Assembly: GCA_947591495.1 (NCBI GenBank) | Contig: CANQDG010000007.1 | Location: forward strand, 1,334-65,333 | Origin: an uncultured Bacilli bacterium | Lineage (GTDB): Bacteria > Bacillota_I > Bacilli_A > ML615J-28 > CAG-313 | Direction of reading: 5' to 3' | Length of the DNA: 64,000 nucleotides | Shown here: positions 1 to 9,189 of the stretch, in pieces | How the letters are laid out: every line of letters begins with the position of its first letter | How positions within the stretch are numbered: the first letter of the stretch is position 1 | The notes under the pieces: model-generated | The model's input: only the letters and a program-made list of their open reading frames with translations | What the model was told of the DNA's origin: nothing | The model's database searches: none | Made by a program: the position numbers and the translations under genes

Positions 1-290
1 ATAGGATATTTTTTTCTTGGATGCTTTAGAGTATGGTAATATACTTGACTATGTTGATTAGTTAGAAAAACTTCTTCTAAATCCTTTTTTAAATCGGTTT
101 TATATGTATTAAGATCAGTTAGGGATTTTCCAACAAATAAATGGTTGTTTTTATCAAGGTATAAGATGGTGGGATTATATTTCTTTTTGTCAATCGCAAA
201 ATAGGCTTGTAAGCCCGAAATTAGCGATATTTCGCATTCTACGCTTCTTCCCCCAATAATTATACCTACATTAATTCTATCATCTTTCAT
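1..290 (-). CDS. ddl: D-alanine--D-alanine ligase, N-terminal fragment (CDS runs off the window start)
   Basis: Not in the ORF track. My minus-strand translation from the ATG at 290-288 gives MKDDRINVGIIIGGRSVECEISLISGLQAYFAIDKKKYNPTILYLDKNNHLF..., open to position 1. The GGxSxExEISxxS N-terminus is typical of Ddl. It lies 6 nt downstream of the murF-like stop. Confidence 0.75.
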   Translation of the reverse strand, partial: MKDDRINVGIIIGGRSVECEISLISGLQAYFAIDKKKYNPTILYLDKNNHLFVGKSLTDLNTYKTDLKKDLEEVFLTNQHSQVYYHTLKHPRKKYP

Positions 291-296
291 TTTTTC

Positions 297-1844
297 TTAC
301 CTTTCTAAAAAACTATCTGGCAAATCATTTTCGATTAAGATGTTAATGATTTCGTCACTATCATTATATTTCGTAAGAATTGTTAAATATGCCTTTTTAA
401 AAGTAGAAAAACAATATGTTTGAGGATTAGTAAGATGGCTTTCAATAATTTTACTTGATTTATTTTCAATTAAATAGATTTCATCAAAACTATCATTAAT
501 AATACTAGCTATTTCAATGTTTAGCTTTTCATCAAAGGCACCACCATCAACAATCCCCGGGGTAATGATGATTTTCTTACCTTTTTGTCTTGTTAATACT
601 TCGGTTGCATATTTAAATCCTACAATATTAGAACTATAAGAATCATCATAAATATGAAATGGAGGCTGTTCTTGATAACTTAGCCGGTGCAAAGTAGGGC
701 TCATATTAGCAATTATTTTGACTAAGTCAATATCTTTAATATATATTTGATATGTTTCTAAGGCTTTTAAACAAACATATGCGGCTAATATATTTAAGAC
801 ATTATGTCTTCCTAATAATTTCGTTTTGATATCGATTAAGGGTTGATCACCATCATAAATGGAAAATGAGGTTATGTTTTCTGAAAAGTTTAAGTTTTTA
901 ACATGGTATTTACCATTTTCAATTCCATATGTATAAATTTTATTAGTTGGCAATTGCTTGATATCATACTCTCTAATTGCTTGATTATCATAGTTTAAAA
1001 TAAGGCATCCTGATGATGTTAAACCCTTCGCAATTTCAAATTTAGCTTTCGTAATGTTATCAAGTGATTTAAAGGTTGATAAGTGTTGCATCCCTATTTC
1101 AGTTATAATAGCAATATCAGGTTTAATAAAGATGGACATTTCTTGAATTTCACCCGGAAAAAAAGCGCCCATTTCACTAATAAAAATCTCAGTTTCGTTA
1201 TTTAATGATTGATTAATTGTTAATGTAAGACCCATTAAAGTATTATAAGACTTCGGTGTTTTTAAAGTTAAATATTTATTCATTAAAATTTCATTGATAA
1301 TATTTTTAGTTGAAGTCTTACCAAAACTTCCTGTAATAGCAATTTTAACTAAATTTTCAGCTTTATCTAATTTCGTCTTAGCTTGCTTTTGGTAATGTTT
1401 TTTAATTAAAGCCTCAATTGGCGCATTAATAAGGCTAGCAAGAACAATGATTAATGGCAGTAAGATACCTAATAAATAGATTAAAATGGTTATTTTATAA
1501 AAACACAAAATATATATTACACAAAGAAAAAGACTTGTAATAAAATGTCTAATAATCCTTTTTGTCCATTTTAACTTAATAATATAATGATTTTTATAAC
1601 AAGTTGCAACAATTAAGAAAAGATTTGTAAGATATAAAAAATATTGGCTAACAAAACTTAATAAACAAAATAATAAACCCCAATAATAAAAGTATTGATA
1701 TTTCTTTTTTAGGTAATAACTATTTAAAGTTTGAAAATATTTATGATAGTCGTAATGATTTTGTTGAAACATATTAGCAAGATATATATAACACTTGCAT
1801 AAGTATCCACTAAAAGTAATTAAAAAAATTATTAATAGAATCAT
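297..1844 (-). CDS. murF: Mur ligase family protein, MurF-like (UDP-MurNAc-tripeptide--D-Ala-D-Ala ligase) with an N-terminal polytopic membrane domain
   Basis: 515 aa. Carries the P-loop ITGSFGKTSTK, ISEMGAFFPGEI, LLGRHNVLNILAAY and YDDSYSSN motifs of the MurF type. Residues 1-150 are 4-5 hydrophobic helices instead of the canonical domain 1. Adjacent to ddl. Confidence 0.75.
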   Translation of the reverse strand: MILLIIFLITFSGYLCKCYIYLANMFQQNHYDYHKYFQTLNSYYLKKKYQYFYYWGLLFCLLSFVSQYFLYLTNLFLIVATCYKNHYIIKLKWTKRIIRHFITSLFLCVIYILCFYKITILIYLLGILLPLIIVLASLINAPIEALIKKHYQKQAKTKLDKAENLVKIAITGSFGKTSTKNIINEILMNKYLTLKTPKSYNTLMGLTLTINQSLNNETEIFISEMGAFFPGEIQEMSIFIKPDIAIITEIGMQHLSTFKSLDNITKAKFEIAKGLTSSGCLILNYDNQAIREYDIKQLPTNKIYTYGIENGKYHVKNLNFSENITSFSIYDGDQPLIDIKTKLLGRHNVLNILAAYVCLKALETYQIYIKDIDLVKIIANMSPTLHRLSYQEQPPFHIYDDSYSSNIVGFKYATEVLTRQKGKKIIITPGIVDGGAFDEKLNIEIASIINDSFDEIYLIENKSSKIIESHLTNPQTYCFSTFKKAYLTILTKYNDSDEIINILIENDLPDSFLER

Positions 1845-2591
1845 TTATTTTACTCCTAAATAATTAGATATAATTTTATTAAAAGTAAAGGCATCTTCTA
1901 AATAAGGAAAATGTCCAACATTATCTAATACAACAAGACCTGATGAAGCAATCTTTCGGTGAAATGTTTGCCCCATATATAAAGGTGTAACTTGATCTAA
2001 TTTGCCCCAAATGATTAATGTTTCACATTTAATTTTTTTTAAAATTGGATTTAAAGCTTCTTTAGTAACTAAACTTAAAGTTTTTTTCATGGCAAGACTT
2101 GCATTTTGATAATCTATACTTCCACTATGGCTAATTAAATTTTGGTATTTCATCACATTTTTAGTTATCCTGTAATAGTGTTTTTTTAGTTTATATAAAA
2201 AAACCTTCATTTTTACTTTGAAATAATCTTTACTTCTAAGACCTGCACTATCAATTAAAATGAGTTTATGAACTTGATGCATGCTTGCATATTTAAGGGC
2301 TATTCGTCCACCAAATGAATGCCCAATTAAGATGGGATTAGTAATATTTTTATCAATAATAAAGTTTTCTAATAATGTTACATAATCATCTAAGTTATAA
2401 CTATCAAGTGGTTCCGCACTTTGTCCAAAACCAGGTAAATCGATTGCGTAAACTAAATAAGCTTTTTGTAAGAGTTTAATTAGCGCTTTAAAAGTAGTAC
2501 TATCTACTCCCCAACCATGTAAAAGAATGATACTTTCACCACTACCTTCTTTCGTAAAATATACATATCTATTTTTATAGATATAATCCAC
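1845..2591 (-). CDS. alpha/beta-fold hydrolase
   Basis: 248 aa. HGWG oxyanion motif and GHSFGG nucleophile elbow. GTG start with an AAGGAG RBS. Confidence 0.7.
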   Translation of the reverse strand: MDYIYKNRYVYFTKEGSGESIILLHGWGVDSTTFKALIKLLQKAYLVYAIDLPGFGQSAEPLDSYNLDDYVTLLENFIIDKNITNPILIGHSFGGRIALKYASMHQVHKLILIDSAGLRSKDYFKVKMKVFLYKLKKHYYRITKNVMKYQNLISHSGSIDYQNASLAMKKTLSLVTKEALNPILKKIKCETLIIWGKLDQVTPLYMGQTFHRKIASSGLVVLDNVGHFPYLEDAFTFNKIISNYLGVK

Positions 2592-2677
2592 AATTCTTCA
2601 CTCCTTCACAACCTATCTTATTCATAAAAGTGTAATCTTATTTATATAATATACAAAAAAGATTGTGAGGTTATATA

Positions 2678-3325
2678 ATGTTTATTGATAAGCACTATCC
2701 TTTTGAAATGATTCCGCTTTCTTATTCGCTTAGTGGTTTTAGTGATTTTCTCGATTTTCAAACCTTAAGTATTCACTATAATCAAATATATCAAGCATAT
2801 GTCGAAAAATTAAATCAACTTCTAAAGGATAATCCTAGTTTACAAAATTTAAGTCTTGATGAGATTTTATTTAATGAGGCCTTAATGCCCAAAAAAATTA
2901 AAGATGATTTAATCGAAGTAGGCGGTGGGGTCTATAATCATCAAATTATTTTTAATTCAGTAACGCCTAATCCCCATGTTAGTATCTCACCTTTATTAAA
3001 AAAGGCAATTGAAAAAGAATATCAATCATTAAATAATTTTTATCAAGCATTTAAACAAGCATGTCTTAATCATCATGAATGTGGTTTTGTTTTTTTGGTA
3101 TGTGATCAAAATGGTGATGTAAAAATTAGAAAAACAAATGGTAACTTAACCACCGTTAAGGATAATTTATATCCACTTTTAGGAATTGATCTTTTTGAGC
3201 ATGCTTATTTTCTAAAGTATAAACATCAAAAAAAAGCCTATGTTGATAACTTTTTAAAATATATATGTTTTGAATTTGCTAATCAAGAATATGAGGCATG
3301 TTTAAAGGCGATAAAAAAACAATAA
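2678..3325 (+). CDS. sod: Fe/Mn-family superoxide dismutase (divergent)
   Basis: 215 aa. Contains LSIHYNQIYQAYV, GGGVYNHQIIF and DLFEHAYFLKY. The positions corresponding to the four metal ligands (H, H, D, H) and Tyr34 are present. GAGG RBS and a TATAAT at 2645-2650. Confidence 0.75.
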   Translation: MFIDKHYPFEMIPLSYSLSGFSDFLDFQTLSIHYNQIYQAYVEKLNQLLKDNPSLQNLSLDEILFNEALMPKKIKDDLIEVGGGVYNHQIIFNSVTPNPHVSISPLLKKAIEKEYQSLNNFYQAFKQACLNHHECGFVFLVCDQNGDVKIRKTNGNLTTVKDNLYPLLGIDLFEHAYFLKYKHQKKAYVDNFLKYICFEFANQEYEACLKAIKKQ

Positions 3326-3348
3326 GCTATGGGTTACCATAGCTTTTT
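3325..3348. terminator. bidirectional intrinsic terminator between sod (+) and sufB (-)
   Basis: Hairpin AGCTATGG-GTTA-CCATAGCT (3325-3344) followed by TTTT, with a T-rich tract on the other strand as well. Confidence 0.6.
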
Positions 3349-3349
3349 G

Positions 3350-4759
3350 TTATCCGATTGAATTTTTCATTTCTAATTTAATTAACTGATTTAACTCGAC
3401 TGCATATTCCATTGGTAATTCTTTTGCGAAAGGCTCAATAAAGCCCATTACAATCATTTCCGTTGCTTGTTCTTCGGTTAGTCCTCTACTCATTAAATAG
3501 AAAAGTTGTTCTTCATTAACTTTTGAAACCGATGCTTCATGTTCAATATAGGAAGTATCATTTTCGACAATATTAGTTGGAATTGTATCACTAGTTGATA
3601 AATCATCTAAAATGATGGTATCACATTCAACATGGCTTTTGGCATTAAAGGCTTTAGATGCGTGGCGCACTGTACCTCGATAATTGACCTTTCCACCACC
3701 ACGGCAAATTGATTTAGAAATTATTTGACTTGTGGTATTAGGAGCAAGGTGAATCATTTTAGCACCAGTATCTTGGATTTGTCCGCTTCCTGCAAACGCA
3801 ATAGAAATAGTTGTTCCTTTGGCGTTTTCACCTGCTAGAATACAGGCTGGATATTTCATATTAATATTAGCACCAATATTACCATCAATCCATTCCATAT
3901 GGCCACCACTATCAACCCACGCTCTTTTGGTAACTAAGTTGATAATATTATTGGACCAATTTTGAACGGTTGAATATCTACAATATGCATTTTTACCTAC
4001 ATATATTTCAACCACTGCAGCATGCAAAGAATCTTTTGAATAAAGAGGAGCCGTGCATCCTTCAACATAATGCACACTTGCTTCATCATCAACGATAATT
4101 AAAGTTCTTTCAAATTGTCCCATTTGTTCGGTGTTTATTCTAAAATAAGATTGTAAAGGCTTTTTTAGTTTAACATTTTTGGGAACATAAATAAATGAGC
4201 CACCACTCCAAACGGCAGTATTTAACGAAGCAAACATATTATCTGAGGCGCTAACGACTTTCGCAAAATATTTTTTGACGATATCGGGATACATACGAAC
4301 AGCTGTATCAGTATCACAGAAAAGAACGCCTTCTTTTTGAAGTTCTTTAATTGTATTATGATATACTACTTCTGATTCAAATTGGGTTGATACACCAGCT
4401 AAGTATTTTTGTTCAGCTTCTCTAATGCCTAACTTATCAAATGTATCTTTGATTGCTTTAGGCACATCATCCCAACTGCTTTCCGTTTTTTTGCTTGATT
4501 TAATATAATATATATAATCATCAAAATTAATCATATCAAGATTAGGCCCAAAACTTGGCCATTTCATCTTAGTAAATTCATGATAAGCTTTTAATCTAAT
4601 CTCAAGCATCCAGTCAGGTTCGCCTTTTGTTTTAGAAATCATTCTTACAACGTCTTCGTTTAAGCCTTTACCGGTAGAAAAAACATTTTCAACCTCAGTT
4701 TTAAAACCATATTTATAATCACCAACGATTTTACTAATTTTTTCGTTTTCCTTATTCAT
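3350..4759 (-). CDS. sufB: Fe-S cluster assembly protein SufB
   Basis: Strong SufB-like sequence throughout (for example [23 protein letters not shown]). The ATG at 4759 has AAGGAG 9 nt upstream. The ORF-track start at 4777 lacks an RBS. Confidence 0.9.
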   Translation of the reverse strand: MNKENEKISKIVGDYKYGFKTEVENVFSTGKGLNEDVVRMISKTKGEPDWMLEIRLKAYHEFTKMKWPSFGPNLDMINFDDYIYYIKSSKKTESSWDDVPKAIKDTFDKLGIREAEQKYLAGVSTQFESEVVYHNTIKELQKEGVLFCDTDTAVRMYPDIVKKYFAKVVSASDNMFASLNTAVWSGGSFIYVPKNVKLKKPLQSYFRINTEQMGQFERTLIIVDDEASVHYVEGCTAPLYSKDSLHAAVVEIYVGKNAYCRYSTVQNWSNNIINLVTKRAWVDSGGHMEWIDGNIGANINMKYPACILAGENAKGTTISIAFAGSGQIQDTGAKMIHLAPNTTSQIISKSICRGGGKVNYRGTVRHASKAFNAKSHVECDTIILDDLSTSDTIPTNIVENDTSYIEHEASVSKVNEEQLFYLMSRGLTEEQATEMIVMGFIEPFAKELPMEYAVELNQLIKLEMKNSIG

Positions 4760-5198
4760 CTTCTTGTTCTCCTTCATCGCCTAGTAGTAAAGCCCCAGCT
4801 GCTCGCCATGCTAAAGTAGCACATTTAGCACGGGGTGGAAAATTATGAATATTGATATAAACAATGGCATCACCTAAACGGTCTTCATCTTTAGGGGTAT
4901 TACCTTTGATTAATTCATAAAAGTCATCAATAATTTCGCTTGCCTCACTAACTGTTTTACCAATTAAAACCTCACTCATAACCGAGGCTGAAGAGCAACA
5001 AATAACACATCCTGTTCCATCATGTCTTACATCAACAATTTTACCATCTTTAATGCTTACTTGCACCGTAACATCATCACCACATGATGGGTTTTTAAGA
5101 TGAAGGGTTTTATAGCCTTCAATTAGGCCTTTGTTTCTTGGGTATTTACGATGTTCATTAATGACTTGATTATATAAATCTGATATATTACTAGCCAT
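4752..5198 (-). CDS. sufU: SUF-system Fe-S scaffold / sulfur acceptor SufU (IscU/NifU-like)
   Basis: Contains [22 protein letters not shown] and AKCATLAW, giving three conserved Cys. The start is set to [10 protein letters not shown] at 5198, just after the sufS stop at 5200. The longer track ORF overlaps sufS. Confidence 0.85.
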   Translation of the reverse strand: MASNISDLYNQVINEHRKYPRNKGLIEGYKTLHLKNPSCGDDVTVQVSIKDGKIVDVRHDGTGCVICCSSASVMSEVLIGKTVSEASEIIDDFYELIKGNTPKDEDRLGDAIVYINIHNFPPRAKCATLAWRAAGALLLGDEGEQEDE

Positions 5199-5199
5199 T

Positions 5200-6408
5200 T
5201 TACCACTCCTCAAAATATTTCGCGGCTTCTTCGACCGCTTCAATGAATTTATCAATATCTTGATAATCATTATAGATATATATACATGCTCTTAAAGTTC
5301 CAACGCATTCTAACCATTTGATAATCAATTGGGCACAATGATGACCAGCTCTTAATGCAATATGATGTTCATCAAAGATGGTTGCCGCATCATGTGGATG
5401 GGCCTTATCAATATTAAAAGCAATAATACCAGTATCAGTATGACGATTATAAATAGTTACACCTTTAATTTTTTCTAGTTTTTCCATTGCATATTGTAAA
5501 AGAGCTTGTTCATGCTTTTGAATATTTTCATAGCCTATTTTTTCTAAATATTTAATTGCTTCTTGAAAAGCAATTGCTTCTGCTATTGGAGGCGTTCCCG
5601 TTTCAAATTTATATGGGACATCTTTAGGGGTTGAAGAGTATTTTTCAACAACATCAATCATATCACCACCATATTCAACTGGTTCGGTCATTTTTAAATA
5701 TTTATATTTACCATAAAGGATGCCAAAACCGGTTGGTCCCATCATTTTATGAGCAGAAAAAGCTAGAAAATCACAATCTAAGGCTTTAACATCTATTTTC
5801 ATATGGGCAACTGCTTGTGCCGCATCGACTATTACTACAATGTTTTTTTCATGGGCTAGTTTAATGATTTCTTCTAATGGGGTAATATAACCCATGACAT
5901 TTGATACATATGTAATAACGACTACTTTTGTGTTATCGGTTAAAGTTTTTTTAAATGCTTCAACCGTAATTCGACCAGTTGAGTCAAGTGGAATATATTT
6001 TAAAAGGGCCTTTTTTTTCTTGGCAACATTCATCCATGGTAAGACATTACTATGATGTTCTAATTCAGAAGTAACAATTTCATCGCCTTCTTCAATATAG
6101 TTCATACCAAAACCTAAAGCGATCATATTTAAAGCATTACTAGCACCTTTAGTAAAAACAATTTCTTTTTCTTTTGCATTTAAAAACAGGGCAGTCATTG
6201 TTCTTGTTAATTCATATTCAGTAGTAGCTTTATAACTTAAAGTATAGACTCCTCGATTAACATTAACCCCATATTTTTGATAATATTCATCTAATTTATC
6301 AATAACTACTTGGGGTTTTAAAGCCGTAGCAGCTGTGTCTAGATAAACTAAATCTGGGTTGTTATTTAAAACGGGAAAATCCTTTTTGACATCTAGTAAA
6401 CTTGACAT
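5200..6408 (-). CDS. sufS: cysteine desulfurase SufS (class V aminotransferase)
   Basis: 402 aa. PLP-Lys motif SAHKMMGPTG and active-site RAGHHCAQ. Confidence 0.9.
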   Translation of the reverse strand: MSSLLDVKKDFPVLNNNPDLVYLDTAATALKPQVVIDKLDEYYQKYGVNVNRGVYTLSYKATTEYELTRTMTALFLNAKEKEIVFTKGASNALNMIALGFGMNYIEEGDEIVTSELEHHSNVLPWMNVAKKKKALLKYIPLDSTGRITVEAFKKTLTDNTKVVVITYVSNVMGYITPLEEIIKLAHEKNIVVIVDAAQAVAHMKIDVKALDCDFLAFSAHKMMGPTGFGILYGKYKYLKMTEPVEYGGDMIDVVEKYSSTPKDVPYKFETGTPPIAEAIAFQEAIKYLEKIGYENIQKHEQALLQYAMEKLEKIKGVTIYNRHTDTGIIAFNIDKAHPHDAATIFDEHHIALRAGHHCAQLIIKWLECVGTLRACIYIYNDYQDIDKFIEAVEEAAKYFEEW

Positions 6409-6423
6409 CTTTATAACCCCTTT

Positions 6424-7212
6424 CTAACTTAATAATTTTTCAGCAAACGCTTCTTCAACATTCTTTTTAATTTTTTCATCCGTTATATGATCTAAAATTG
6501 GTTTAACATAGCCCATTACAACAATCTTAGATGCATCTTGTTCGGTTAATCCTCTACTCATTAAGTAAAATAAATCTTCTTTACTAATAGAACCGATTGC
6601 GCATGCATGGTTTGCTACTACATCATATTCATCAATATACAAATTCGGAAGGGCAATTATCTTAGTCTTCTTTGATAATGTTAAACCTTTGGTTTGTTGA
6701 TGAGCAACTGATGAAAAGGCATGCTTTTTAATGGTAGCATTATTATTTAAAGTAATGACAGCCTCGTCTTTAGCAATAGCATAATTAGATAGATTACTTG
6801 TTGTATGATCAACATGATGATATATATCAATAAAACTATCTAGTGATGCTTGATTAATTAATAAAACTAAATTAATGATATCAACATTGGCATTTGCTTC
6901 TTCTAAATCAACTTTTACATTAATACTAGCATTTTGATTAGAAGTCACAATATTATACATATGTAAAGTAGCATTCTTTTTAAGTCTTGCAACAACATTA
7001 CTGAATGTTGCTTGCTTACCTTGATCAAACGTTATATATGTACAAGTAGCAGCTTCTTCAATGATTAATTCAGCCGAGCTCCTATTTAGACTATCATTAA
7101 AGATAACTCTATTTGTTCCTTTAGCAATTTTAATCAAACTATTTTTGAGGATTTCATCTTTAATGCTAACGAGTTTTTTTACTTTTACTTGATTAGCCAT
7201 TATGATCACCAA
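6424..7212 (-). CDS. sufD: Fe-S cluster assembly protein SufD (short form)
   Basis: 262 aa. The C-terminal [22 protein letters not shown] matches the equivalent SufB segment ([22 protein letters not shown]). Sits between sufC and sufS. The start is ambiguous (TTG 7212, GTG 7209 or ATG 7200). Confidence 0.8.
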   Translation of the reverse strand: MVIIMANQVKVKKLVSIKDEILKNSLIKIAKGTNRVIFNDSLNRSSAELIIEEAATCTYITFDQGKQATFSNVVARLKKNATLHMYNIVTSNQNASINVKVDLEEANANVDIINLVLLINQASLDSFIDIYHHVDHTTSNLSNYAIAKDEAVITLNNNATIKKHAFSSVAHQQTKGLTLSKKTKIIALPNLYIDEYDVVANHACAIGSISKEDLFYLMSRGLTEQDASKIVVMGYVKPILDHITDEKIKKNVEEAFAEKLLS

Positions 7213-8023
7213 GGCTATCCTTTACCGCACAACTACCAATAATACCTACTTTAGCATCTTCTTCTTCATCCGATAGACCAAATTCATCTTTGATAAAATC
7301 ATAACCTTCTTGATCAATTTTTTCAATTAATTCAAGTGATCCCGAAGTAACAATTTTTCCTTGCATGAGGATATGAACTTTATCAACCCTTAGATAGTCT
7401 AAAAGTCTTTCATAATGGGTAATAATTAAAGCTCCAAAATCATTTGATTTCATTTGATTGACGTTTTCACCAACAATTTTTAAAGCATCAACATCTAATC
7501 CAGAATCAATTTCATCAAGTAAGGCAAATTTTGGCTTTAACATTTTCATTTGTAAGATTTCATTACGCTTTTTTTCACCACCAGAAAAGCCAACATTGAC
7601 ATAGCGATGTGGTAAATCTTCACGCATTTTTAATTCGCTAGCAGCCTTTTCAAATGATTTAATATATTTAATTAACGAAAACTTTTCGTCTTTGTCCATT
7701 CTGGCGTGAAGAGCGCTTTTAATAAAATCAGAATTGGTAACGCCTTCGATTTCACTTGGATATTGCATTGCAAGAAAAAGACCTTTTCTACTTCTTTCAT
7801 CAACACTCATTTTAAGAACATCTTCACCATCTAATAGTATTTGCCCTTTTGTTACTTCATATTTGTAATGCCCCATAATAGTTGATACAAGGGTCGATTT
7901 ACCCGTTCCATTTGGTCCCATAATTACATGAAATTCACCTGTATTTAATTCAAGGTTAACCCCTTTTAAGATTTCTTTTCCTTCCACGTTAACATGTAAA
8001 TCAATAATTTGTAATTTAGACAT
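7193..8023 (-). CDS. sufC: Fe-S cluster assembly ATPase SufC
   Basis: 276 aa. Walker A GPNGTGKST, signature FSGGEKKR and Walker B ALLDEIDSGLD. Confidence 0.92.
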   Translation of the reverse strand: MSKLQIIDLHVNVEGKEILKGVNLELNTGEFHVIMGPNGTGKSTLVSTIMGHYKYEVTKGQILLDGEDVLKMSVDERSRKGLFLAMQYPSEIEGVTNSDFIKSALHARMDKDEKFSLIKYIKSFEKAASELKMREDLPHRYVNVGFSGGEKKRNEILQMKMLKPKFALLDEIDSGLDVDALKIVGENVNQMKSNDFGALIITHYERLLDYLRVDKVHILMQGKIVTSGSLELIEKIDQEGYDFIKDEFGLSDEEEDAKVGIIGSCAVKDSLGDHNG

Positions 8024-8160
8024 ATATATACACCTCGTTTTTAGTTACTATTTTATTTTTAATTGATGTTCTACTCAGTATATTATTATACCATTTTTTT
8101 CAATTTTACACTAGTAAAATGAAAAAACTCTTTTTTTTCTTAACTTTTACATTTTGTCAA

Positions 8161-8207
8161 AAAGAAAAAAGTGAAGCTAAACTTCTTATTAGAAGTTGAA
8201 CCTCACT
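8161..8207 (-). terminator. intrinsic terminator after the small lipoprotein gene
   Basis: Imperfect hairpin at 8170-8207 (AGAAGTT/AACTTCT core) followed on the minus strand by TTTTTTCTTT. Confidence 0.55.
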
Positions 8208-8216
8208 TATCATTTA

Positions 8217-8621
8217 TTACGCAAAAGCTTTCATACCAGCAGCTGTGCCAAAGTAAACACATTTGCCCGATCTTTTAACGCGTATACCATCTTTTTCATA
8301 TGCTTCTTTTAATTTAGTTAAACCTTCTTTAGCATTATCTTTGGTTAAAAAATAAATAACAACCACATAATCGTTTTCATTCATTTTTTCTTCAGCAATC
8401 ATAGGATTTTCACCGGTTGCAAAAGTGAATGAACTTTCAATTGTTTCTTTATCTAATATATCTTCAATAAATTCTTGAGTCTTTAAATTACCAACTTGCC
8501 ACCAGTTGTCCTTCTTTTCCATTGACTCAACTACTTTATCTGCTTTAGGAACACATGAAGTTAATGTAAATAATGCTACTAGAACCATCAATATGCTTGA
8601 TAATTTTAAAGCCTTTTTCAT
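8217..8621 (-). CDS. small lipoprotein, function unknown (paralog of 8755-9090)
   Basis: 134 aa. Signal peptide MKKALKLSSILMVLVALFTLTSC with a lipobox. AGGAGG RBS. The C-terminus is YFGTAAGMKAFA. Confidence 0.6.
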   Translation of the reverse strand: MKKALKLSSILMVLVALFTLTSCVPKADKVVESMEKKDNWWQVGNLKTQEFIEDILDKETIESSFTFATGENPMIAEEKMNENDYVVVIYFLTKDNAKEGLTKLKEAYEKDGIRVKRSGKCVYFGTAAGMKAFA

Positions 8622-8723
8622 AAATTACCTCCTATTTTTTCATTTCATTAAATATATTATAACAAAATATTTCTAAAATAGCAATAAATTTGTTCATATG
8701 AAATTAAACTTGCAAAATCATAT

Positions 8724-8746
8724 AAAAAAGTGCTAAAATTAGCACC
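8724..8746 (-). terminator. weak intrinsic terminator
   Basis: GTGCTA/TAGCAC stem followed by TTTTTTATA on the minus strand. Confidence 0.45.
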
Positions 8747-8754
8747 TTTTTATA

Positions 8755-9090
8755 TTATGCAAAGTCTTTCATACCCTGACTAGATCCCCAGTAAATCCAA
8801 GCACCAGATTTTTTAGCCTCAGTATGATCTTTACTAACTTTATCATATGCATCTTTAGCAGCAGCTTTATCTTTAAATAAAATAGCTGTTACCTTTTCAG
8901 AACCATTTGTTCCTACTAAACCATCACTTGCACCATAATATGCAACTGCAACAACTTCTTTTGCAACAGCATAGTCTTTCTTTTCTAATTTTTCTTTCGC
9001 AGCATCATAATCTTTTGGTGCGCAAGCAGTTAATGTAAGAAGTGCCATTAAAACAACTAATAAGCTACTTAATCTTAAAGCTTTTCTCAT
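8755..9090 (-). CDS. small lipoprotein, function unknown (paralog of 8217-8621)
   Basis: 111 aa. Signal peptide MRKALRLSSLLVVLMALLTLTAC. GGAGG RBS. The C-terminus is YWGSSQGMKDFA. Confidence 0.6.
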   Translation of the reverse strand: MRKALRLSSLLVVLMALLTLTACAPKDYDAAKEKLEKKDYAVAKEVVAVAYYGASDGLVGTNGSEKVTAILFKDKAAAKDAYDKVSKDHTEAKKSGAWIYWGSSQGMKDFA

Positions 9091-9189
9091 ATATTTTTAC
9101 CTCCATTCGCTTTAAAATTTACATTAATATTATAGCAAAATTTAAAAACTTTATCAATCCTAAAACAACCAAAATGCATTTTTTATCAA

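Noticed and set aside
4752-5270. Long N-terminal extensions in the ORF track for sufU (to 5270), the yabB-like methyltransferase (to 30293), rpoA (to 41425), rnfE (to 14085), fba (to 60636), truA (to 36226) and rplV (to 51350)
   Set aside because: The extensions overlap the upstream gene or include the RBS itself. Downstream starts with canonical AGGAGG or GGAG spacing reproduce the normal family N-termini.
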